DNA of 30,556 bases, taken from positions 1-30,556 of the IMG/VR virus record IMGVR_UViG_3300020045_007403; one strand, written 5' to 3'. Origin of the DNA: a virus (lineage: Duplodnaviria; Caudoviricetes). The translations under genes were made by a program, and so were the position numbers. Positions 15,916 through 23,442 of this stretch are shown piece after piece. The notes under the pieces were generated by a model, which was given only the letters and a program-made list of their open reading frames with translations, was not told the DNA's origin and did no database searches. How positions within the stretch are numbered: position 1 is the first letter of the stretch; each line of letters opens with the position of its first letter.

Positions 15916-16365
15916 CTACAAATTTTCAGGCACTTTTGCAACCTGTTTTGCTTTTTCAAGCCGCTCCAAATCGGCATCAATTCGGGCCTGAATTACATCT
16001 GGCGACTCAGTTCCTTCAATGAATGCCTTTCTTTTTGGAGTCAAGCAATCTCGAAATGCGATCCCAAAGTACGATTCGATATGCAACTGCAAGCATTTCG
16101 GAGTATGCAACGGCGCACGATCATACGGGCAATAAAGCAGCGCATATACCTGCATTCGCTTATATGCTTCGCGTTTCATCGTTTTTTCCGCCCATTCGAT
16201 TGAATCGCAGGACGTGACAAACGAACGCACGTTGTTTTCGTGCAAGTGCGTCCCCTCTCCCAATCTTGTTAGCAGGTCGCTAAGGCGATCCGTCGGGTCG
16301 ATCGGTACATTATTGGTGTTCGGGCCTTTCTTTCCCGTGGTCACACCCCTTTTTAATATTCCCAT
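15916..16365 (-). CDS. Hypothetical protein, first gene of leftward arm (possible regulator)
   Basis: Divergent from recT; TATTTTTG box 5 nt upstream of the ATG. Confidence 0.65.
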   Translation of the reverse strand: MGILKRGVTTGKKGPNTNNVPIDPTDRLSDLLTRLGEGTHLHENNVRSFVTSCDSIEWAEKTMKREAYKRMQVYALLYCPYDRAPLHTPKCLQLHIESYFGIAFRDCLTPKRKAFIEGTESPDVIQARIDADLERLEKAKQVAKVPENL

Positions 16366-16444
16366 TGCTGCAAAAATAATAAATTAATATTGTATTACTA
16401 GAATTATTTTTGTGTTATGTTTGCAGAAATAAAATTGGAAGTTT
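16366..16444. promoter_or_regulatory. Divergent promoter region
   Basis: Very AT-rich; TATTTTTG (minus, 16378-16371), TATGTTTG (plus, 16416-16423), ATTAATATT at 16383-16391. Confidence 0.75.
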
Positions 16445-17341
16445 ATGAGTACTGCAAAAACAGAGGTTGCGAAAGCGGCCCAAAATTCGACATTGCCACA
16501 AGTCAAGAAACTGAGCGACTTCGAAAAGTTGCTCGTTCCTTATCAATTGAAGATTGAGCAGGTTGCCCCGAAAAAGGGATTGCAAGCTGCAAGAATCGTA
16601 AACATGGCGGCTCAAATCATTTGGATGAATCCAAAGTTGCATAATTGTTCACCGCAATCAATACTTGCAGCCGTGATGCAAGCGGCCATGAATGGCTTGA
16701 ATCCAAGTCCTCAATTTCAGGAGGTTTACTTCATCCCCTATGGCGATCAATGCCAACTACAGCTTGGCTATCGTGGCTATATCAAACTTTGTAGCAAGTC
16801 GGCAATGGTGCAAGCATTCAGGGCTGATGCTGTCTATGAGGGCGATGAATTTGAATTTGAGCTAGGGATGAATTACGATTTGAAGCACAAGCCCGGCCCG
16901 AACTACGGCGATGCAAAAAAGGTAACTCATGCCTATGCAATTGCCTATATGAACTCTGGAAAACAGCAATTCGTTGTTTTGCCGAAGATCAGGCTTGAGC
17001 GTCTGCGGGTCAAAAACAAAATGCAGCAAGCAAATCCAAGCGGCGCATGGGCTACGGATTACGATCAAATGGCGATTGCAAAGGCATTCAAGCAACTATT
17101 GAAATTCATTCCTTTGGAGGATGAATACCGTTCGGCAACCTTCATTGACGAAAACATTGCCTCTTTGGATCAGGTCAATGCAAATGGCGATGTCGAGTAC
17201 AACTATGAACAATCTACGGAATTCACACCCGTCGAAATCCTCAAAAACGAGACTGAATTGACCGAGGATCAGAAAAACCAAGCGGCATTAGAGGCACAAT
17301 TGGCAAAAGAGGCGGGTACACTACCGTTTGATAAGCAATGA
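16445..17341 (+). CDS. recT: RecT-family single-strand annealing recombinase
   Basis: NPKLHNCSPQSILAAVMQAA..GLNP..YFIPYG..QLQLGYRGYIKL..VYEGDEF..WATDYDQMAIAK. Confidence 0.93.
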   Translation: MSTAKTEVAKAAQNSTLPQVKKLSDFEKLLVPYQLKIEQVAPKKGLQAARIVNMAAQIIWMNPKLHNCSPQSILAAVMQAAMNGLNPSPQFQEVYFIPYGDQCQLQLGYRGYIKLCSKSAMVQAFRADAVYEGDEFEFELGMNYDLKHKPGPNYGDAKKVTHAYAIAYMNSGKQQFVVLPKIRLERLRVKNKMQQANPSGAWATDYDQMAIAKAFKQLLKFIPLEDEYRSATFIDENIASLDQVNANGDVEYNYEQSTEFTPVEILKNETELTEDQKNQAALEAQLAKEAGTLPFDKQ

Positions 17342-18237
17342 GCCTCGACCACGAAGCCCGAAAACTAACCATTGGAGCCTCTGAAATTGCGGCTGTCCTT
17401 GGTCTAAATGAGTGGATGTCTCCCTTGGATGTCTGGGAAATCAAAACAGGACGTAAGCCGCCATTTGAGGGCAATGCGCATACCGAAAGGGGAAATTTGC
17501 AAGAGCCGATGATACTAGATTGGCTGCAAAGGGAGTTGGGTCGAAGGATTGCAACCGATTGCCCAAGCATACTTCATTCGGGTGGACTTGCAAGCGCAAC
17601 GCCTGATGGGTTTGTTTTGATTTCAGACAAAAACATAGCTGTTGAGCATTGGGTGGGCGGGCCAATTGTGGATGACACCGAGGCGATTTGGGAGCTTTAC
17701 AAGACGGATCAATCACTATTTTCGCTTGAACTCTGCGAGGCAAAATCAACCCTAAAAACCGTCAATGACATCAGCGAAGTGCCTCATTTTTGGCTTCAAT
17801 GTCAGTGGCAAATGATGTGTACGGGCTTGAAAAAGTGTCATTTGGCGTTGTTTGGGCCAATGGTGAGCAATTACCAACGATTCGAGATCACGTACAATGA
17901 GCCGTTCATGTTGGAAAAGCTGAAAGAAGCTGAATTGTGGTGGGAAAAGCATATTGTTGGAGATGTGCGACCTGATCCGATCAATGAGGCCGACATTCTC
18001 AATCTATACCCACAAGACGACGGTACAAGCATTGTAGCGGTTGATTCACTGTATCGGGCGATCACTCAGCACACAGCATTGAAGGCGCGCGCAAAGGACA
18101 TTCAGTCAGCTATTGATCCGATTCGTGAAAGCATTGTGTTGGCAATCGGCAAAGCTGAAAAGGTGCGATATAATGGTCGTGTGGTTGCTTCGTACAAGAC
18201 TGATTCTCGCGGTGTTAGGACGTTTAGGACTTACTGA
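17338..18237 (+). CDS. YqaJ-like viral recombinase exonuclease
   Basis: IGASEIAAVLGLNEWMSPLDVWEIKTG, RGNLQEP, SATPDG, EAKS, QCQWQM; ATGA-coupled to recT. Confidence 0.92.
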   Translation: MSLDHEARKLTIGASEIAAVLGLNEWMSPLDVWEIKTGRKPPFEGNAHTERGNLQEPMILDWLQRELGRRIATDCPSILHSGGLASATPDGFVLISDKNIAVEHWVGGPIVDDTEAIWELYKTDQSLFSLELCEAKSTLKTVNDISEVPHFWLQCQWQMMCTGLKKCHLALFGPMVSNYQRFEITYNEPFMLEKLKEAELWWEKHIVGDVRPDPINEADILNLYPQDDGTSIVAVDSLYRAITQHTALKARAKDIQSAIDPIRESIVLAIGKAEKVRYNGRVVASYKTDSRGVRTFRTY

Positions 18238-18238
18238 A

Positions 18239-18445
18239 ATGATCCACGAAACCTACTCCGAGCTATCCGCAAGGCGGCGACCGCTCGTGACTGAAATCAA
18301 GCGATTACAAGCCCAATTAGATGAATGGGATGCGCCCATGATCGAGGCAATGGCCGCGAGTTACCCAATCAAGGGTTATGCTGATCCAATGGGCTATGCA
18401 AAATTGGTATTGAAAAAGGAACACAAAAAGCACGATCCGAAATAA
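18239..18445 (+). CDS. Hypothetical protein (68 aa)
   Basis: Start reassigned to MIHETY at 18239, 1 nt after the exonuclease stop. Confidence 0.65.
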   Translation: MIHETYSELSARRRPLVTEIKRLQAQLDEWDAPMIEAMAASYPIKGYADPMGYAKLVLKKEHKKHDPK

Positions 18446-18458
18446 TTTGGAAAGAAAC

Positions 18459-18488
18459 TTGATTTGATTAATATTTTGTTTATATTTG
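18459..18488 (+). promoter_or_regulatory. TTG-N19-TATATTTG promoter with ATTAATATT
   Basis: TTG 18459-61, ATTAATATT 18467-75, TATATTTG 18481-88. Confidence 0.75.
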
Positions 18489-18523
18489 TAGCGGTTTAAT
18501 TATTTCACCTAAAATCTACGAAA

Positions 18524-18814
18524 ATGGAAAGAGGATTAGCAGAATATCAAGCCGATCAACAACGATTGGATGAACTACAAGATGCAGCCGATGCAGCCAA
18601 TGTCGAACGTGAAAAGGCTATTTTGCAGCCGTTTTTTGATTGGCTTTGTGTGCAAATGCCAGAGGCAATGGTCGGGTCGAAAATATGGCACGACTACACA
18701 AATGCCTTTTTCACGGTGGACACCACATACATATCTGTTGAAGGCGATCAGTGCGTTTCAGACGATTGCAAAGCTGTTTGGGCTTGGATTTACGAAAGAT
18801 TTACCAACGCTTAA
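18524..18814 (+). CDS. Hypothetical protein (96 aa)
   Basis: Own promoter, A-rich start context, hairpin downstream. Confidence 0.75.
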   Translation: MERGLAEYQADQQRLDELQDAADAANVEREKAILQPFFDWLCVQMPEAMVGSKIWHDYTNAFFTVDTTYISVEGDQCVSDDCKAVWAWIYERFTNA

Positions 18815-18817
18815 CAC

Positions 18818-18848
18818 CAAAGCCCATCTGCGGGCTTTGTTTTTGTTT
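18818..18848 (+). terminator. Intrinsic terminator
   Basis: CAAAGCCC-atctgc-GGGCTTTG then TTTTTGTTT. Confidence 0.65.
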
Positions 18849-18854
18849 ATGATT

Positions 18855-19148
18855 ATGGAAAGGAATTATTCACACTATACAAAATGGGAAGATTGGCAAA
18901 ACGGCATGTATTCGATGGATTGCAAGTACAAGGCATTGTATATTGGCCGTGCGGAAAGGCTGCTTTCAAATCCGCACGATTTTGCAATTGCTTGTGAGGC
19001 GGTTGTTAAGAATTGGCCGATTTCTACGGCCTATAATCTCACAAATCCTGAATGCAATCGAAATGCGTGGCTTGGTCAGGCGGCTTGGAAAGTTGTGGAC
19101 GGCGATGAAATTGATCAACTTGACGGTCTTGACGAATCAGAAAACTAA
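18855..19148 (+). CDS. Conserved phage hypothetical protein (WEDxxNGM...NRxAWLGQAA family), apparently C-truncated
   Basis: HYTKWEDWQNGMY..F..VVKNWPIS..NLTN..NRNAWLGQAA; start at 18855 or 18849, not 18570. Confidence 0.65.
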   Translation: MERNYSHYTKWEDWQNGMYSMDCKYKALYIGRAERLLSNPHDFAIACEAVVKNWPISTAYNLTNPECNRNAWLGQAAWKVVDGDEIDQLDGLDESEN

Positions 19149-19178
19149 TTTGTTCTAATTCTATTTTTTCCATAATCC

Positions 19179-19204
19179 GAGGGCCATTTGCGGCCCTCTT
19201 TCAT
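19179..19204 (+). terminator. Intrinsic terminator
   Basis: GAGGGCC-atttgc-GGCCCTC followed by a T-rich tract. Confidence 0.7.
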
Positions 19205-19219
19205 TTGCTATATTTGTAC

Positions 19220-20923
19220 ATGCACATCTTCGACCTTACGCAGCCGATTCAAGACCGCCTCAGATACGGCGGCATTCCGATTGCTCCGAGGGTATGGCTT
19301 ACGGTCAATGCCCTTGAGATACTGCCAAACGGTACATTTGGCACGAACTACAAAACGTACCGATTCGAGGTCACAAATCGGTTGATGGAAATGCCAACGA
19401 TCTCAATTGAGCGGTCACGGTGGCCTGATGATTGGGAATTTTCCACAAGGTCTATTGAATGCCAATTGAAATTCGTCAATACAGATCGGTTATTTGCGGT
19501 TGCACAGGATGGCTCCAAACTACGGGCGCAAGACATCGAACAGGCAATCGTGGACATCTATGCAGATGTTGGCGGTACTCAAATTAATTGGTTTTCGGGG
19601 CGTGTAAATGGCAGACCACAAGAAACGGCGGGCGTTACTACGTTCACGGTCGTTGGGTATCTGTGGGAGGCAATCCGCAAGCCTGTGAGGTATGAGAATT
19701 TTGGCAACGTCTTAGGAAAAACACAATCCGTATATGGTGGAAATTCGGGCTTTTACGCCAATCCTGTGCATATAGATTGTGTTGGCCAACATTTCTGCGT
19801 GTTTCATGGATTGGTTGCATTTAGCGGCGGCGGTCAATCACAACCACGATACAAGAAAACAGGCGGTGACATTGAGCTAATATCGATGCGCTTGGGCAAT
19901 GCAATGAAATTGGGCAAATACACGATCAAATTCAATTCACACGCCGGATATACGATCACAGGCCCCGACAACATCCCATACTCAGGAAACCGACATCGTG
20001 GTACTGATCCAAATTCGCCAATTCAGATTGATCCGGGTTTTTGGTATGGTGGGAGCGGCAAGGGATGCGAAATCGAGTTTTTCGTGTCGTGGACTGCCTA
20101 CGGCAATGGTATTGCTATGGCATATCATTTGCTAGAGAAAGCACTTTTGGATAATTGGGGTGCATTACCCGGCTCAACATCTGCACAATTGGACGTGGAT
20201 GCTTTCAGAATTTGGGCTAGGCGTTTTGCAAGTTTCCCGATTCACGTAAGTGAAACAAATCTTGATAATTCGGTGTACGATGGCAATTCATCGAATAGAC
20301 CACTTGAGTATGCTACGCTTGTTCAAAAGATACTTTCCCATTATCAATGCGCACTTACGATTCTGCCTGATGGTACGATTTCAATTTCAGGTCCGTACAT
20401 GGATGATTTACCGTCGTGGCCACACACGACCGTAGAGGCGATTACCGAAAATATAACCCTGAATGGAGGTGAAACGATCAACTACGTCACAATAAACTAT
20501 GGATCCGACATCGACGGTGGCTTTGCGGAGCCATTGGTTAGAAACTTGAATGCAGGCGCAATTCAGCGAGTAGAAAAGACATTTTCATTGCCATATATCA
20601 AAGCGGGTGTCGGTCGTGAGCATGCTCAATGGTGGCTTGTGATGGTAATTCGCAGGTTTTTGAGAGACCAAACACTTGTAAAATACAAGGTAGAGGCTGG
20701 ACATGGCTTGCTATTGGCGGCGGGTGATCGGATTAAGGTTCAATCAAACATTTTGCCCGTAATTGATCAGAATTGCGAGATAATTTCAGTTTCGCGGTCG
20801 GTCGGATTTGAAGCCGATGGATCATATAGGGAGGCAGAAATAATGGCGGCAATGGTGCAAGATGGTGAAGGCGAGGCGGCCGTGATTGGGGTTGCTATTG
20901 TTGGGGAGGTTGCCATTTATTGA
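19220..20923 (+). CDS. Putative tail tip/hub protein
   Basis: WFSGRV..FTVVGYL N-terminal hub-like segment and LLLAAGDRIKVQS..EIISVSRS C-terminal hub-like segment. Start reassigned to ATG 19220 after TATATTTG-TAC. Confidence 0.6.
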   Translation: MHIFDLTQPIQDRLRYGGIPIAPRVWLTVNALEILPNGTFGTNYKTYRFEVTNRLMEMPTISIERSRWPDDWEFSTRSIECQLKFVNTDRLFAVAQDGSKLRAQDIEQAIVDIYADVGGTQINWFSGRVNGRPQETAGVTTFTVVGYLWEAIRKPVRYENFGNVLGKTQSVYGGNSGFYANPVHIDCVGQHFCVFHGLVAFSGGGQSQPRYKKTGGDIELISMRLGNAMKLGKYTIKFNSHAGYTITGPDNIPYSGNRHRGTDPNSPIQIDPGFWYGGSGKGCEIEFFVSWTAYGNGIAMAYHLLEKALLDNWGALPGSTSAQLDVDAFRIWARRFASFPIHVSETNLDNSVYDGNSSNRPLEYATLVQKILSHYQCALTILPDGTISISGPYMDDLPSWPHTTVEAITENITLNGGETINYVTINYGSDIDGGFAEPLVRNLNAGAIQRVEKTFSLPYIKAGVGREHAQWWLVMVIRRFLRDQTLVKYKVEAGHGLLLAAGDRIKVQSNILPVIDQNCEIISVSRSVGFEADGSYREAEIMAAMVQDGEGEAAVIGVAIVGEVAIY

Positions 20924-20947
20924 AAATATTATTTTCCCTTGCTTTGT

Positions 20948-20969
20948 ATTAATATTCTATCTATATTTG
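20948..20969 (+). promoter_or_regulatory. ATTAATATT-N5-TATATTTG promoter
   Basis: ATTAATATTctatcTATATTTG upstream of the SAM-fold gene. Confidence 0.75.
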
Positions 20970-21008
20970 CAGCAATCCCTAAGGTTGGGGTGGAAAAATT
21001 TGCACAAA

Positions 21009-21596
21009 ATGAAAATAGACATGTCATTTATTCCAGATGGCGAATCAGGGAATTGGAAGGTTTCAACATTTATCGTGCCCGAAAACGATTTTTCACAAGG
21101 ATTGTCAGCTCTCAACTCGGGTCGAAGCGTCCCCGCAGGCACTTACAAATCTCTAACAAGGGGTGGAAAAGTAATCATGAGCAATACGCCCGACGAAATC
21201 AGGGACTTTTACCACTTTGTGAACAGGGCGCACGGCTCTGTGCTTATCAATGGGCTTGGCTTGGGTTGCGTAGTCAAGGCATTGCTTGAAAAACAAGGCA
21301 TTTCCAAAGTGACCGTGATCGAGCAAAGCCAAGACGTTATTTCATTGGTTGCGCCACACTTCGGTGATCCAAGACTGGTAATTGTCCATGCAAATGCTTT
21401 CGACTATTCGCCTCCAAAAGGAGAGATTTTCCAATTCGTTTGGCATGACATTTGGGACGACATTTGCTCCGACAACTTGAAAGAAATGGCAACCCTGCAT
21501 AGGAAATACGGCAAAAGGGCTGGTTATCAAGATTCTTGGGCAAAAGGGCTTTGTCAAAGGCAAAAACGCCAATCGTCGCACGTATTCAGATTTTAA
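21009..21596 (+). CDS. Class I SAM-binding fold protein (spermidine synthase/methyltransferase-like)
   Basis: IMSNTPDE, VLINGLGLG (motif I), VTVIEQSQDVISLV, HANAF, VWHDIW. Start reassigned to 21009. Confidence 0.8.
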   Translation: MKIDMSFIPDGESGNWKVSTFIVPENDFSQGLSALNSGRSVPAGTYKSLTRGGKVIMSNTPDEIRDFYHFVNRAHGSVLINGLGLGCVVKALLEKQGISKVTVIEQSQDVISLVAPHFGDPRLVIVHANAFDYSPPKGEIFQFVWHDIWDDICSDNLKEMATLHRKYGKRAGYQDSWAKGLCQRQKRQSSHVFRF

Positions 21597-21624
21597 GGCA
21601 GTTTCGCAAATTCTGTCCCAAAGG

Positions 21625-21650
21625 AAAAGCCCGATTCGTTGGGCTTTTTC
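21625..21650 (+). terminator. Intrinsic terminator (UUCG loop)
   Basis: AAAAGCCCGA-TTCG-TTGGGCTTTTT. Confidence 0.85.
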
Positions 21651-21677
21651 GTTTACGCCAATTCGCTAACTTTGGGA

Positions 21678-23204
21678 ATGCTTATTGATTCAGGAAAACG
21701 GCTCATTCTTACGCATCCGCATACGGGACGCACGTTTTTTGTAGGCGATACATTGAACATTCTGGACTGTTGGCAAGCTACTCATGCTTACAAGAATGCG
21801 CTTGAATACGGTTCTACCTATGCAAATGATGGCGGGATTTGTTGGAATCCCGGATCGTACCGAAACAATGAACCAACCGCACTAGACCACCTGATGCACC
21901 ATGAGCCTGTTTGTGGTATGAGCGGCGGCGAGGGCGACTACATTGGGCCTACTGTTGGTGGTGGTGGATTTCCATTCATTACCCCAAATTATGCCCAATA
22001 CAGTGCCGATTTTGGCGGTGAAATCAATTCACAACACGATTCATTTGCACTAGGAATTGATTTTCGTTTTCTATCGGAGGCGGAATTTTCGACCGCCTTT
22101 CTAGGATTCAATTCACTTGGAAGCGGTATCGGAGCAAGGGCGCAACGGCTTAGATTTGTGCTTTGGGAGATGTCAACCCCGACCGTACAGAATCCACAAG
22201 TCGTTGCCGATATTTTCTTCAACTATGGCTATTATGTTGGTATTCCGGGCGCAACGCCACCATTTCCATACATGATTGACCTATCAATGCCAGACGGGGC
22301 GGCGGGTGAAATCAACCAATATCTGATCGTTGACAAAATCAAAGCGGCTTTACGGAAGTCTGGAAGCTCGCAATGTCGGCTCCAATGTATCTATGAATTG
22401 CCCAAATCCTCGACGGGCGGTGCGTGGCCTGTGAACTTTTCATCCTGCTTTGCAGAGCCGATAGTTCATCCAAATTCAGGTGTTGAATATCAATCTTGGG
22501 GCTTGCTTGCGGTCACAATGACGCATTTTAGGAGCGAGACATACACAAACCCAACAGGCGGCGCAATTGGCCCAAATGGACGCATTCAAACGGCTTTTCC
22601 TGTTGTTCCTGAACAAGTCATGGGCCAAAATTCAGGCGGGCTGTTGTTTGCAGATTTGTTCCAAATGGGACGGGCGGCGGTCGGTGTTTCGTGGCCGTCT
22701 GTGATTCAGGGAAAAAGGAGTTTTGGCGGCTTGAATCGGATTGTTTTAGGCGATACGGCACGCTATCAGCAAGGCACACAATGGGCATACGACGATCATG
22801 CAAGCCAAATCCTAGACATTCGTTGCCAATTACCTAGCAATGCAACCCGCTTTACACTAAACACCCTAGTAAAATACCAAAACACAAACGGCGGCTTGCA
22901 CACGATCAAGTTTGAGATCGAACGCGAAACGGCAAATAACGTGATTGGACAAACCCTATACACTGCCTCGTTTAGCACCAATCTAGCACCAACATGGGTA
23001 TGGGTTGACGGTGCATTAGACCCGCTGATGTTGCCAATTTCGGCAAATGTTGAGCATATCCGACTGAAAGTCACGGTCACTAAGTCAATTCCGAGGGCTA
23101 CAAATTGGGGCTTTCCGATTTTTGCGCCCGATATTTATCCACCACAGCCATGCTCATCTATTGCTTGGGATGGTGTTGGAACGATATATTTGGCGTTTAG
23201 ATAA
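21678..23204 (+). CDS. Putative tail/virion protein
   Basis: Long G/P/aromatic-rich ORF directly upstream of the tape measure gene; start reassigned to ATG 21678 after TAACTTTG-GGA. Confidence 0.55.
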   Translation: MLIDSGKRLILTHPHTGRTFFVGDTLNILDCWQATHAYKNALEYGSTYANDGGICWNPGSYRNNEPTALDHLMHHEPVCGMSGGEGDYIGPTVGGGGFPFITPNYAQYSADFGGEINSQHDSFALGIDFRFLSEAEFSTAFLGFNSLGSGIGARAQRLRFVLWEMSTPTVQNPQVVADIFFNYGYYVGIPGATPPFPYMIDLSMPDGAAGEINQYLIVDKIKAALRKSGSSQCRLQCIYELPKSSTGGAWPVNFSSCFAEPIVHPNSGVEYQSWGLLAVTMTHFRSETYTNPTGGAIGPNGRIQTAFPVVPEQVMGQNSGGLLFADLFQMGRAAVGVSWPSVIQGKRSFGGLNRIVLGDTARYQQGTQWAYDDHASQILDIRCQLPSNATRFTLNTLVKYQNTNGGLHTIKFEIERETANNVIGQTLYTASFSTNLAPTWVWVDGALDPLMLPISANVEHIRLKVTVTKSIPRATNWGFPIFAPDIYPPQPCSSIAWDGVGTIYLAFR

Positions 23205-23239
23205 TCGACAAATGTGAGATTTGCAAAAGTTCCTAGGGG

Positions 23240-23278
23240 AAATAAAAAGTCCCCAGTGCTGAAACACTATTGGGGACT
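23240..23278 (-). terminator. Hairpin with U-tract on minus strand
   Basis: Minus AGTCCCCA..AGTG-tttcag-CACT-GGGGACT-TTTTATTT. Confidence 0.55.
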
Positions 23279-23370
23279 CTTAAATATCGTTCTTCAAAAT
23301 TAGGAAAAACTAGATTATATGCCAATGTGGTAGGGATGTTTCTTGCCCGTGGAAAAACGACGGTTTTTGA

Positions 23371-23416
23371 AGTCCTAAAAATAGCATTTAGGACTACTTT
23401 TAGGACTTTTAAGACT
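23371..23416. repeat. TTTAGGACT repeat cluster (1 inverted + 3 direct)
   Basis: AGTCCTAAA 23371-79; TTTAGGACT 23387-95 and 23399-407; TTTAAGACT 23408-16. Confidence 0.75.
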
Positions 23417-23442
23417 CAAGCGAAAATGACTATCTTTGACCT

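Noticed and set aside
18570-18848. N-terminal half of ORF 18570..19148
   Set aside because: It overlaps 18524..18814 and runs through a terminator; the conserved-looking sequence starts at 18849/18855.
20886-21008. Hydrophobic N-terminal extension of the SAM-fold ORF (apparent membrane anchor)
   Set aside because: It is the translation of the AT-rich promoter region; ATG 21009 lies downstream of the promoter.
23371-23416. Possible mini-CRISPR array or att site
   Set aside because: The repeats are 9 bp with 0-7 nt gaps and no spacers; no integrase or cas gene in the window.
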